IMG/VR virus record: IMGVR_UViG_3300003969_000009
Span: 1 to 43,143 of that record
Length of the DNA: 43,143 nt
Source of the DNA: a virus
Lineage: Duplodnaviria; Caudoviricetes
Strand: one strand, 5' to 3'
Numbering within the stretch: position 1 is the stretch's first letter; every line of letters begins with the position of its first letter. Under the pieces are notes generated by a model. It was not told where the DNA came from. It saw nothing but the letters and a program-made list of their open reading frames with translations, and made no database searches. The position numbers were made by a program, and so were the translations under genes. Shown here piece after piece: positions 1 through 7,178 of this stretch.

Positions 1-1050
1 ATGCCCACAATCCGAGAGAGAAATGGCCGCTTTCAGGCACAAGTGCGTATCAAACGCGGTGGCGTCATTGTCCACGAAGAATCCGCCACGTTTGACAAGC
101 GCAGCCAAGCGATGGCGTGGGGTTCTGGCATTGAAGACAGCTACGACAGCGGCACCCTGCCGGGAACCCCATCCCGCATGACCGTGGCCGAAGTGGTCGA
201 GGCGCACCGCAAAGCCCTGGAAGCTGCCGAGAAGGACACCAGGGGCCTGACCAACTCCATGAACAACCTGATTGACTCCAGCCTTGGCCGCAAGCCGATT
301 ACCCGGGTGGAGTCTGGCGATGTGGTTGCATGGGGCAAGGAATACGGGGAGACCCGGGCTCCGGCCACGGTACTGCATGCCCTGATGACCCTGCGCACCT
401 GCTACCAAACCGCCCGGGCCGAGCTGGACATTAAAGTGGATGTGGCTGTGGTGGCCGATGCCGTCACCCACCTCACTAAGCTGGGGATTTGCGGCAAGAG
501 CGTGGAGCGTGACCGCCGCGTCACCGATGCCGAGATTGACCTGATTTGCACCCACCATGAAGGCTTGATGGGGACAACCATACCGCTGCGCATTGCCATG
601 AATCTGGCTGTGCAACTCCCGCGCCGAGGTGGAGAGCTGTTCAGCAAGATGCGCTGGGAGCACTACGACGGCGAGACGATCCGGCTGTTTGACACCAAAG
701 ACCCGAAGAAGGTTCGCAACGAAGTGGTGCCGGTGCCGCCATCCGCCCGGGCGATCATTGAGCAACTGCCCCGGGCAAAGACCGGGTTTATCTGCCCTTG
801 GGACAGAAATAGCGTCAGTTCGGCGGTAAGCCGTGCATGCAAGTTGCTGGGGATTCAGGATCTGCACTTGCACGACCTACGGCATGAGGGAGTAAGCCGC
901 CTGTTTGAGCAGGGCCTAGACATCCCCCGGGTGGCAATGATTTCCGGGCACCAGAGTTGGGCCACGCTCAAGCGCTACACCCACCTAAAACCCCGGGATG
1001 TGGTTGACCAACTGACAGCCCACAAGAAAAAGGTAGCCCTAACAGCCTGA
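1..1050 (+). CDS. int: Tyrosine recombinase / phage integrase
   Basis: Catalytic motifs R (PRRGGEL), K (DTKDP), HxxR (LHLHDLRH), H (ISGH) and Y (LKRYTH); N-terminal arm-binding segment (RFQAQVRIKRG). Confidence 0.95.
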   Translation: MPTIRERNGRFQAQVRIKRGGVIVHEESATFDKRSQAMAWGSGIEDSYDSGTLPGTPSRMTVAEVVEAHRKALEAAEKDTRGLTNSMNNLIDSSLGRKPITRVESGDVVAWGKEYGETRAPATVLHALMTLRTCYQTARAELDIKVDVAVVADAVTHLTKLGICGKSVERDRRVTDAEIDLICTHHEGLMGTTIPLRIAMNLAVQLPRRGGELFSKMRWEHYDGETIRLFDTKDPKKVRNEVVPVPPSARAIIEQLPRAKTGFICPWDRNSVSSAVSRACKLLGIQDLHLHDLRHEGVSRLFEQGLDIPRVAMISGHQSWATLKRYTHLKPRDVVDQLTAHKKKVALTA

Positions 1051-1068
1051 ACGATTCGGGGGAATAAG

Positions 1069-1084
1069 CTGTATGCTTCAACAG
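1069..1084 (+). promoter_or_regulatory. LexA (SOS) box
   Basis: CTGT-ATGCTTCA-ACAG matches the CTGT-N8-ACAG consensus; overlaps a TAAGCT -10-like hexamer (1065-1070) and the GTG start at 1084. Confidence 0.75.
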
Positions 1085-1467
1085 TGTTTTACGAAGTCCA
1101 ATGTCTCTACTCGCTTGGCTCAAAGATGCGCCGGCCAGGCCCGCCAATCAAGGGCGAACTGACGCTGCAGAAGTGGCGCGACGGATCGAACCCAGGCAGC
1201 GTTCGGCTACGCGCTGACTTGCAGGGCGCCAATCGCAAACCAGCAACCTATTGCCTGGTGGATGCCGTGGTGGTCAAGATCACAGCGAGCGGGATGGTCT
1301 TGATGGGCACAGAAGTCGTGCCCAGGAACCCCGATTCTTCCAAGTCCAACGTTGAGCGCTACCAACAGGTCTGGTGGTGCCGGCTGCAGCAGGGAGCCAT
1401 GGAGTTCATGCCGGAAGAGGCGCCCGAGTTGCCGAAGTGGCGCCGGGCGTTTGATCCCATGACCTGA
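1084..1467 (+). CDS. Probably SOS-inducible hypothetical phage protein
   Basis: 127-aa ORF directly behind the LexA box; a YQQVWWCR-type motif recurs in small SOS-linked prophage proteins. Confidence 0.7.
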   Translation: MFYEVQCLYSLGSKMRRPGPPIKGELTLQKWRDGSNPGSVRLRADLQGANRKPATYCLVDAVVVKITASGMVLMGTEVVPRNPDSSKSNVERYQQVWWCRLQQGAMEFMPEEAPELPKWRRAFDPMT

Positions 1468-1596
1468 CTACTTCGCCAGCCTGCGCACAATCTCGATGCA
1501 GTACTGCACCGCGGCCGCCTTGGCTGGCTGGCCCTTCTCTTTGAGTTTGGTTCGATACGCCTGCAGCGCTTCAATGACTTCGGTGGCGTCAATCAT
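1468..1596 (-). CDS. Small hypothetical protein (42 aa)
   Basis: Translated by hand: MIDATEVIEALQAYRTKLKEKGQPAKAAAVQYCIEIVRRLAK; its stop abuts the stop of the convergent gene; below the ORF-track cutoff. Confidence 0.5.
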   Translation of the reverse strand: MIDATEVIEALQAYRTKLKEKGQPAKAAAVQYCIEIVRRLAK

Positions 1597-1662
1597 GGGG
1601 GTTCCGTCTCTTCTGGCTGGCGTTGATCGCGCAGCATTTCGTTTAATTGAATATCATCAGCC

Positions 1663-2211
1663 ATGGATCACATCGTCCCTATCGGTTTGCCAGAAGATAC
1701 GCGCACCCAAGCAGAACGGGCAGTCGCCGATGCTGCGCATGAGCGGCGATACATCATCAAAAACTACCAGCGACAGATTATTGAGTCGGAGCTTGTGACG
1801 AAGTCTCTGAAGGATGAGTTGGTCAAGTTCATGGCCGCGAACCCTGTCGCTGACAACGCTCTGGCAGATCGCGTGGCAGGTGGCTTGCAATGGATGCGGC
1901 GTTTCGTTATCGAGCACCCCGCCGGCCCGCACGACACTGCGCCGGTCATGTTCAATGGGTTTCAAGCAGAAGTGCATGCCCTACCACCCGTTGAAATGGA
2001 CGCAGTGGTTCAAACGCTGCGCCGAGTGCATATGCTGCGTTGGCCGGAAATCTTGGCTGATTCGACTTTGAAATGCACCGCGGTAGGTGGCTCCGAGCCG
2101 CTCTATTCCATCGAATTGGCGATGGGCCACAGTGCAGTTGTGGCATTGGACGGGGGCAGAATTCTGTTACTTGCTCTTGATGCTACCGAAGCAGCCCAGC
2201 GAAGGCACTAG
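1663..2211 (+). CDS. Hypothetical protein
   Basis: 182-aa ORF with globular composition; no recognised motif. Confidence 0.65.
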   Translation: MDHIVPIGLPEDTRTQAERAVADAAHERRYIIKNYQRQIIESELVTKSLKDELVKFMAANPVADNALADRVAGGLQWMRRFVIEHPAGPHDTAPVMFNGFQAEVHALPPVEMDAVVQTLRRVHMLRWPEILADSTLKCTAVGGSEPLYSIELAMGHSAVVALDGGRILLLALDATEAAQRRH

Positions 2212-2619
2212 AACATTTTCAAAAGGGTGCCAGACAACGTCACCCGCCTGATTGGCGCCATGTAGCTGCGCCACCAGCAACTGCGGCAGCCCTTTACCTG
2301 GTGAATGCGAACAACTGTTCCCGTGCGTAATCACAATCCCCCACCCTGCCCCAGGACAGCATGCGATTGCATCGCCAACGAATCGGGGGATTGATGCGCT
2401 TCGAACATCGAGCCAAAGCGTTGTCCCCCGCCCCATGCTCCGCTTCATCTTGAACATGGCCGCGGCAAGCGCAACTTCAGGGCAGTGGAACGGGACAATG
2501 CGACCAATCTCGCACCTCAGTAGCTTATGGTTGTCGCAAGGGATGGCAACCCACCTGAAGGGAAACAAGGGGTCTCTTGCTGCGTGGGCGGCGCGCAAAT
2601 CTTGAATCGCTACCGGCAT
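2167..2619 (-). CDS. Hypothetical protein
   Basis: Starts 3 nt after the thermonuclease stop; 45-nt convergent overlap with 1663..2211. Confidence 0.4.
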   Translation of the reverse strand: MPVAIQDLRAAHAARDPLFPFRWVAIPCDNHKLLRCEIGRIVPFHCPEVALAAAMFKMKRSMGRGTTLWLDVRSASIPRFVGDAIACCPGAGWGIVITHGNSCSHSPGKGLPQLLVAQLHGANQAGDVVWHPFENVLVPSLGCFGSIKSK

Positions 2620-2622
2620 GAA

Positions 2623-3051
2623 CTACTTGGGCTGCTTGCGCCATTCCCATGGCGGCTGCGGTGCCGGGTCACGCCACAGGCCTGCATGCACAGCGCGCGC
2701 TGCGGCCTGCAGGGGGTAGAGGACTTCGTAGCCCTTGGCGTAGCGGTCATATACCCAGGCCATGCCGGTGCGCACCTGCTCGGTAGCGACGTCCGTGCCC
2801 CCGCAGCTGACATCGGCCACGGTGCGGCCGTAGCGGTCGGTTGACTTCGGGGCAATACCGGCTTGCTGCAGGTAGCAGAGGTCACGCAGCGACTGCTTGG
2901 ATCGCTGCCCAAAGGGCATTTTGCTTTCTGGGGCGTCTATGGCGCTGATGCGGATCGTGATCTGCTCGTACTGCCCGGGATCACCGCATCGAACCTTGAT
3001 GGTGTCGCCGTCACTGATGGCAACGACCAGGCAAACTAAGGTCGCGAGCAC
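2623..3051 (-). CDS. Thermonuclease (SNase-like) family protein
   Basis: ISDGDTI, RISAIDAPE, DRYGRTVA, GMAWVY and GLW..P.PPWEWR motifs. Confidence 0.95.
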   Translation of the reverse strand: MLATLVCLVVAISDGDTIKVRCGDPGQYEQITIRISAIDAPESKMPFGQRSKQSLRDLCYLQQAGIAPKSTDRYGRTVADVSCGGTDVATEQVRTGMAWVYDRYAKGYEVLYPLQAAARAVHAGLWRDPAPQPPWEWRKQPK

Positions 3052-3053
3052 AG

Positions 3054-3698
3054 TCAGCGCTTCTTTGCCGCCCCAGCAGGTGCCCGCGCAACTATTCCGG
3101 TATCCACCGTCTTGCCTCTGACCACAGCTTTGACCGTTTCGACCGTCTGCGCTATCCGGTTTGGTTCCACCGGGGTTCTTCGGCCTCGTCCAATTGCCTG
3201 TACAAGCTTTGGCGCCCTCCCTTCAGACAAAGCCGCGAAGTCCTCGGCGTGAGATTCGAGCTCGGTGGCCAGTGCTGGGTTGTCTACCTGCAGCGAGGTC
3301 GCAATGAAGAATTTGAACAGGTCGCTGCCGTTCTTGTGAATGATCCCGTTTGCAAGCTCCATCACACCTGCAAATCGATTCTCGCGCTGGTCCTCAGGCA
3401 ACTGCTCCACAGCGTCACGCAGGTACTTGGCCAGCGTCGTCAAAACCCAGTCGTTGATCGAGTCTGCTCGTTCCCGGCCTTCAAGCCGCTCGCGGAGGTG
3501 ATTGTTCTCAATAAGGATTGATGCCGCATTCTCCACGTCCACACTACGGAAACTGGACTCAAGGCGGTGGACGATCTCGGCGTTCATGCTCCGGCCAGCA
3601 GCCTTTGCGGCCTCGGCTATGCGGTCACGCATCCCGTCTTCAGTGAAGCGCACGATGAAGCGCTCTTGCGTTTCGCTTGGGTAAGGTTTTTTCTCCAT
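3054..3698 (-). CDS. Arc/Mnt-family ribbon-helix-helix repressor with C-terminal extension
   Basis: RFIVRFTEDGMRDRIAEAAKAAGRSMNAEIVHRLESS; start taken at MEKKPYPSET (3698). Confidence 0.85.
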   Translation of the reverse strand: MEKKPYPSETQERFIVRFTEDGMRDRIAEAAKAAGRSMNAEIVHRLESSFRSVDVENAASILIENNHLRERLEGRERADSINDWVLTTLAKYLRDAVEQLPEDQRENRFAGVMELANGIIHKNGSDLFKFFIATSLQVDNPALATELESHAEDFAALSEGRAPKLVQAIGRGRRTPVEPNRIAQTVETVKAVVRGKTVDTGIVARAPAGAAKKR

Positions 3699-3710
3699 TC
3701 TTTGATTATG

Positions 3711-3793
3711 GTGCCGACTTGGAATATTTTTATGATTCCAACTTGACATCATTCCGACTTGGCATTAAATTACAAACAATGCCAACTAGGCAT
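3711..3793. promoter_or_regulatory. Four 15-bp Arc/Mnt-type operators and a rightward sigma70 promoter
   Basis: GTGCCGACTTGGAAT (3711), ATTCCAACTTGACAT (3735), ATTCCGACTTGGCAT (3751), ATGCCAACTAGGCAT (3779); TTGACA (3743-3748), 17 bp, TAAATT (3766-3771). Confidence 0.8.
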
Positions 3794-3808
3794 CAAAGAA
3801 AGGGCTTC

Positions 3809-4000
3809 ATGAAATCACCAACAGATCAGGATAGGAACCAAACGCAGGCATACCCGTTACGGCTGCCTCCGGAAATCAAAAACCAGCTCGCAGCTAAAGC
3901 GATACAAAGCCGCCGCAGCCTCAATGGAGAAATTGTCAACCGTCTGGAAAAGTCTTTGGCAGACGATCCAACGCCAACCACACAAGGAGCCGCGCAATGA
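3809..4000 (+). CDS. Arc-family DNA-binding protein
   Basis: YPLRLPPEIKNQLAAKAIQSRRSLNGEIVNRLEKSL; divergent from the Mnt-like gene. Confidence 0.85.
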   Translation: MKSPTDQDRNQTQAYPLRLPPEIKNQLAAKAIQSRRSLNGEIVNRLEKSLADDPTPTTQGAAQ

Positions 4001-4743
4001 ACCAAGTAGTCCCAACTGGTGGCCCAGCCATCACCATGACCAGCCTGGAGCTGGTGCAGTTCATCAATAACCAGCGCGAAGCCGGTGCCGCTGAACTGGC
4101 GCACTCTGACTTCCTCAAAAAGGTGCCTAAAGTGCTGGGTGAACATGCGGGAAATTTTTCCTGCATGTTCGAAGTGGTAATTGGGCAGGGTGCAACGCGC
4201 CCATCCCCAGGCTACACCTTCCCGAAACGCGAAGCCTGCCTAATGGCCATGTCCTACAGCTACGACCTGCAGGCCAAGGTTTTTGACCGCATGACCGCTC
4301 TGGAAGCCCAGGCAGCCCCCATGGCCGACCCCATGCAGGTGCTCAACGACCCGGTGTCAATGCGGACACTGTTGCTGGGTTACAGCGAAAAAGTCATCGC
4401 CTTGGAAGCCGAAAATGCAGCAATGACCCCGAAGGTCAAAGCCTTTGACCGCATTGCCACGTCAGACGGCTCCCTGTGCCTGACGGATGCCGCGAAAACT
4501 CTGCAGATGCCGCCAAAGAAATTTACCCAACTGCTGCAAGAGCGCCACTGGATATACCGCCGCCCAATGGGCAGTGGCTGGCTGGCTTACCAGGACCGCA
4601 TTCAGCAAGGGTTGCTGGAGCACAAGGTGACGACTGGTGAAAAGGGTGACGGTAGCGAATGGACCAGCACACAGCCGCGCATTACGCCTAAAGGCTTGAC
4701 CAAGTTGGCGGAAGTCGTCCGTCAAGTGGAGGAGATGCATTGA
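3997..4743 (+). CDS. ant: Phage antirepressor (Rha-like N-terminus, ANT/KilAC C-terminus)
   Basis: TMTSLELV...REACLMAMSYS N-terminal domain; PKVKAFDRIA..GSLCLTDAAKTL..AYQDRIQQG..RITPKGL KilAC domain. Confidence 0.9.
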   Translation: MNQVVPTGGPAITMTSLELVQFINNQREAGAAELAHSDFLKKVPKVLGEHAGNFSCMFEVVIGQGATRPSPGYTFPKREACLMAMSYSYDLQAKVFDRMTALEAQAAPMADPMQVLNDPVSMRTLLLGYSEKVIALEAENAAMTPKVKAFDRIATSDGSLCLTDAAKTLQMPPKKFTQLLQERHWIYRRPMGSGWLAYQDRIQQGLLEHKVTTGEKGDGSEWTSTQPRITPKGLTKLAEVVRQVEEMH

Positions 4744-4943
4744 CCACCGCAATACGCACTTGCGCCAACTGCCATTCCTACGCAGGAGGCGTGTGCATGA
4801 ACGGTGTAGTTGGGTCAGTGACTGCAAACGGCAGTTGCGAAGACCATCAAACTGACGAAGAAAATGCCCGCGAAGAGGATGCTCTTAACCGCTTCCGCGC
4901 CACCTTGGGTTTGCCGCCCTTGGAGTTTGACCGTGAAACATAG
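4740..4943 (+). CDS. Small Cys-rich hypothetical protein
   Basis: CANC..C..C.D.H; start overlaps the ant stop. Confidence 0.55.
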   Translation: MTTAIRTCANCHSYAGGVCMNGVVGSVTANGSCEDHQTDEENAREEDALNRFRATLGLPPLEFDRET

Positions 4944-4957
4944 AGACCAAAAAGACG

Positions 4958-4991
4958 AAGCCCAAACAGCGTCAACTGTTCAGGCTTCTTT
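4958..4991 (+). terminator. Hairpin, putative terminator or attenuator
   Basis: GAAGCC-CA-AACAG-CGTCAA-CTGTT-CA-GGCTTC followed by TTT. Confidence 0.35.
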
Positions 4992-5029
4992 GAAAACACC
5001 AACCCTATCAAAAGTATGGAGCGTTCAGC

Positions 5030-5365
5030 ATGAATTCTAGTCCCTCAATCTCCTTGTCGGCAATCCCCCTTGCCAAGAACTATCAGGCCGTGCTCCCAAC
5101 GGCAAAGGTGGTGCCTCTGCCAGGTGCCGCGCTGCAGCCGGTCAAAAATGTAAAGAGCCGTGGACGTTTGACCCACGGTGTCATTCCATTCGTAAAGCAC
5201 CAACGTCGCCGCCATGACCTTCTTGCCGGTTTGGCGCGACGCCAAGAATTGCAGGATCTCCACGACAAGCTGCACGCTGCAAGCGATATGCAGAAAGCTG
5301 TGAATGCCAGATTGCGCGAGCTGAATGCAACGGCTGAAGAGTACGTTTTCATTTTGGAGCGCTGA
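5030..5365 (+). CDS. Hypothetical protein
   Basis: GGAG Shine-Dalgarno (SD) upstream; coiled-coil C-terminus; ends 1 nt before the RAMP-like gene. Confidence 0.6.
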   Translation: MNSSPSISLSAIPLAKNYQAVLPTAKVVPLPGAALQPVKNVKSRGRLTHGVIPFVKHQRRRHDLLAGLARRQELQDLHDKLHAASDMQKAVNARLRELNATAEEYVFILER

Positions 5366-5366
5366 A

Positions 5367-5936
5367 ATGGAACAACTCAAACTCAAAATCGTCGGGCTCA
5401 CACCACTGATGTTTCACGCCGACAAGCTGGCCAACCCGCTCCTGCCAGAGTCGAAGACGCACAAAGAGCTGACTTCGAAGCGCAAAAAAACCGATGACGA
5501 CCACGTCGCCATTGCCCGGTCCGAGTTCCTCGCTGGTTGCTACTGGACTGAAAAGGATGGTTTCTTCGTGCCGGGCCAGAACTTCGACGCGACGTTCCTC
5601 GCTGGCGCCAAGTTGCAGAAACTTGGCACAGCTTGGAAGCGCGGTGCACTGGTGGTGGAAGACAAGATCAAACTGATTCATGACGGCCCCACGACGCCAG
5701 AAAAGCTGTGGGCAAGCCCAAGCAACGTGGACTGCCGTGGCGTCAAAGTCGGCACTGCCAAAATCATGCGCTATCGCCCCGTTTTTCTCGATTGGGCCGC
5801 TACGCTTTCTGTAGCAGTTAACACCGATGTTCTCAACATGACGGAAGCGAAAAAGGCCATTGAAGACGCCGGCGCGTTGATCGGTGTCTGCGAATATCGC
5901 CCCCGCTTTGGCCGGTTTGGAGTCAGCTATGCATGA
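5367..5936 (+). CDS. Stand-alone RAMP/Cas7-like RNA-binding protein (Vipr-like)
   Basis: N-terminal strand LKLKIVGLTPLMFH, FFVPGQNF helix region, RYRPVF, C-terminal Gly-rich loop AGALIGVCEYRPRFGRFGV typical of RAMP proteins; no other cas genes; GGAG SD. Confidence 0.7.
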   Translation: MEQLKLKIVGLTPLMFHADKLANPLLPESKTHKELTSKRKKTDDDHVAIARSEFLAGCYWTEKDGFFVPGQNFDATFLAGAKLQKLGTAWKRGALVVEDKIKLIHDGPTTPEKLWASPSNVDCRGVKVGTAKIMRYRPVFLDWAATLSVAVNTDVLNMTEAKKAIEDAGALIGVCEYRPRFGRFGVSYA

Positions 5937-6399
5937 AGTCGCCGAGCTCAAATTGCACCCCGTGTGGCGCCAGGCTGTGCGGGAATTTCTGGAGGCGGGC
6001 ATCGAACCCGGCTTCGTCATCCAGCACCAGTGGCTAGAAGCCCACTTCGGTATGGAACCGCTGGAAGACGAGGCGTCATTGACGGTCGCCCAGTTCCGAG
6101 ATCGGCAGTTCGAATGGCTTCGCAATCTGGAGGCTTTCAAGACCGAGCTGCTTGAGGAACACCAGGTCTGCTTGGTGTCGGTACACGGAGAGGGCTATCG
6201 CGTTGTGCCCCCGTCAGAGCAAACCGGCACCGCCCAAGAAAAGTTTGAGCGCGAAGTGAAACGGTCCTACAAGCAGGCGGCCATGCGGATGAAGAACGTG
6301 CGCATCGCCGAATTGACCGACTCACAGCGTAAGGAAAACGTGGATGCAATCGCCAAGCTGTCCATGCTGCGCGGGATGCATCGAGCAGCATTGGAATGA
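5929..6399 (+). CDS. Hypothetical protein coupled to the RAMP-like gene
   Basis: MHEVAELKLHPVWRQAV...; overlaps the RAMP stop by 8 nt; LVSVHGEGYRVV resembles a winged-helix wing, followed by helical segments. Confidence 0.8.
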   Translation: MHEVAELKLHPVWRQAVREFLEAGIEPGFVIQHQWLEAHFGMEPLEDEASLTVAQFRDRQFEWLRNLEAFKTELLEEHQVCLVSVHGEGYRVVPPSEQTGTAQEKFEREVKRSYKQAAMRMKNVRIAELTDSQRKENVDAIAKLSMLRGMHRAALE

Positions 6400-6405
6400 T
6401 CTCAT

Positions 6406-6766
6406 CGCGGGGCATGGCGGGACTGGGTAAGGCCAGGCCTGGTGTGGCACGCTTTGGTTCGGTCTGATGAGGCAAGGCAGGGGCTGTCAACAGCTGGTTG
6501 TGCTTTCCGAAAGGGAGTGCATCCAGATGCGATCAGCATCACAAGCCGCGGTGGGCCAGGGCTTGGCGAGGTGAGCCCAGGCAAGGCGTGGCAGGGTATG
6601 GGCTGTCAACAGCAGTAAGCGCATCCTGTGCGTTTACTGAAGCGGATAGCTTCACAAGGCGGGTCTTGGCAAGGCACGGCGTGCTCAGGTCAGGCAAGGC
6701 CTGGTTAGGTATGGGTCGTAAACGACAGAAATCCCACCCCTTCCCTGGGGTGGGCTCTTTCTACAA
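6406..6766 (+). ncRNA. Array of three putative guide RNAs made of phased GGY-NN pentamers plus hairpins
   Basis: Tracts 6411-6480 (14 pentamers), 6545-6599 (11) and 6658-6712 (11); all 36 are G-N-Y-N-N and 28 are GGY. Each tract ends in GG plus a 12-nt hairpin (GCTGTCAACAGC twice, GTCGTAAACGAC once), then a longer hairpin; units are delimited by ACAA. Confidence 0.8.
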
Positions 6767-6776
6767 GGAGAACACA

Positions 6777-7178
6777 ATGGATTCGAAACTCTGGACAAAG
6801 ATCATCACATTTCTATGCGGCCTAGGATTCCTGATCTATGGAGCCACTTTCTTCGGCATTCAAGACTGGGACCTGGGCGTGTCCTTGGTGATGGCGTTCT
6901 GCACATTTGCCACTGCAGATTGGGTTGTTGACGCTTTGCGGCGGAGCGAATACCGCAAGTGGCCCTTGGCCTTGTTCTTTGTTTGGTTCAGTGTTGATGG
7001 CAGCTACTTTGCCTATTGGCAAATCGTGAACCCCGACGCCATGATGCGCGGTGCGCAGTGGCTACCGTCCTTGATGATGTATTTACTCTGTGGGGTCATT
7101 TGGTCAGGCCTTCCCACGCCCCGACAATTCCTTGCCCTATTTCGCGAAGCGAAGGATCGCTGCGTGAGCCGCCGATAG
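6777..7178 (+). CDS. Integral membrane protein (about 4 TM helices)
   Basis: AAGGAG SD, MDSKLWTKIITFLCGLG start, four hydrophobic segments. Confidence 0.8.
   Translation: MDSKLWTKIITFLCGLGFLIYGATFFGIQDWDLGVSLVMAFCTFATADWVVDALRRSEYRKWPLALFFVWFSVDGSYFAYWQIVNPDAMMRGAQWLPSLMMYLLCGVIWSGLPTPRQFLALFREAKDRCVSRR

Noticed and set aside
6411-6712. Simple microsatellite or G-quadruplex as the sole explanation
   Set aside because: GG runs could form weak two-tier G4 structures, but that does not explain the fixed pyrimidine at position 3, the exact phasing, the covarying hairpins or the adjacent RAMP gene.
6411-6766. Classical CRISPR array
   Set aside because: There are no 25-40-nt identical repeats with unique spacers; the periodicity is 5 nt, and no cas1, cas2 or effector nuclease is present.
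6498-6776. N-terminal extension of ORF 6498..7178, and ORFs 6137..6490 and 6402..6584 over the array
   Set aside because: Low-complexity translations caused by the pentamer repeats; a good SD and ATG exist at 6777.
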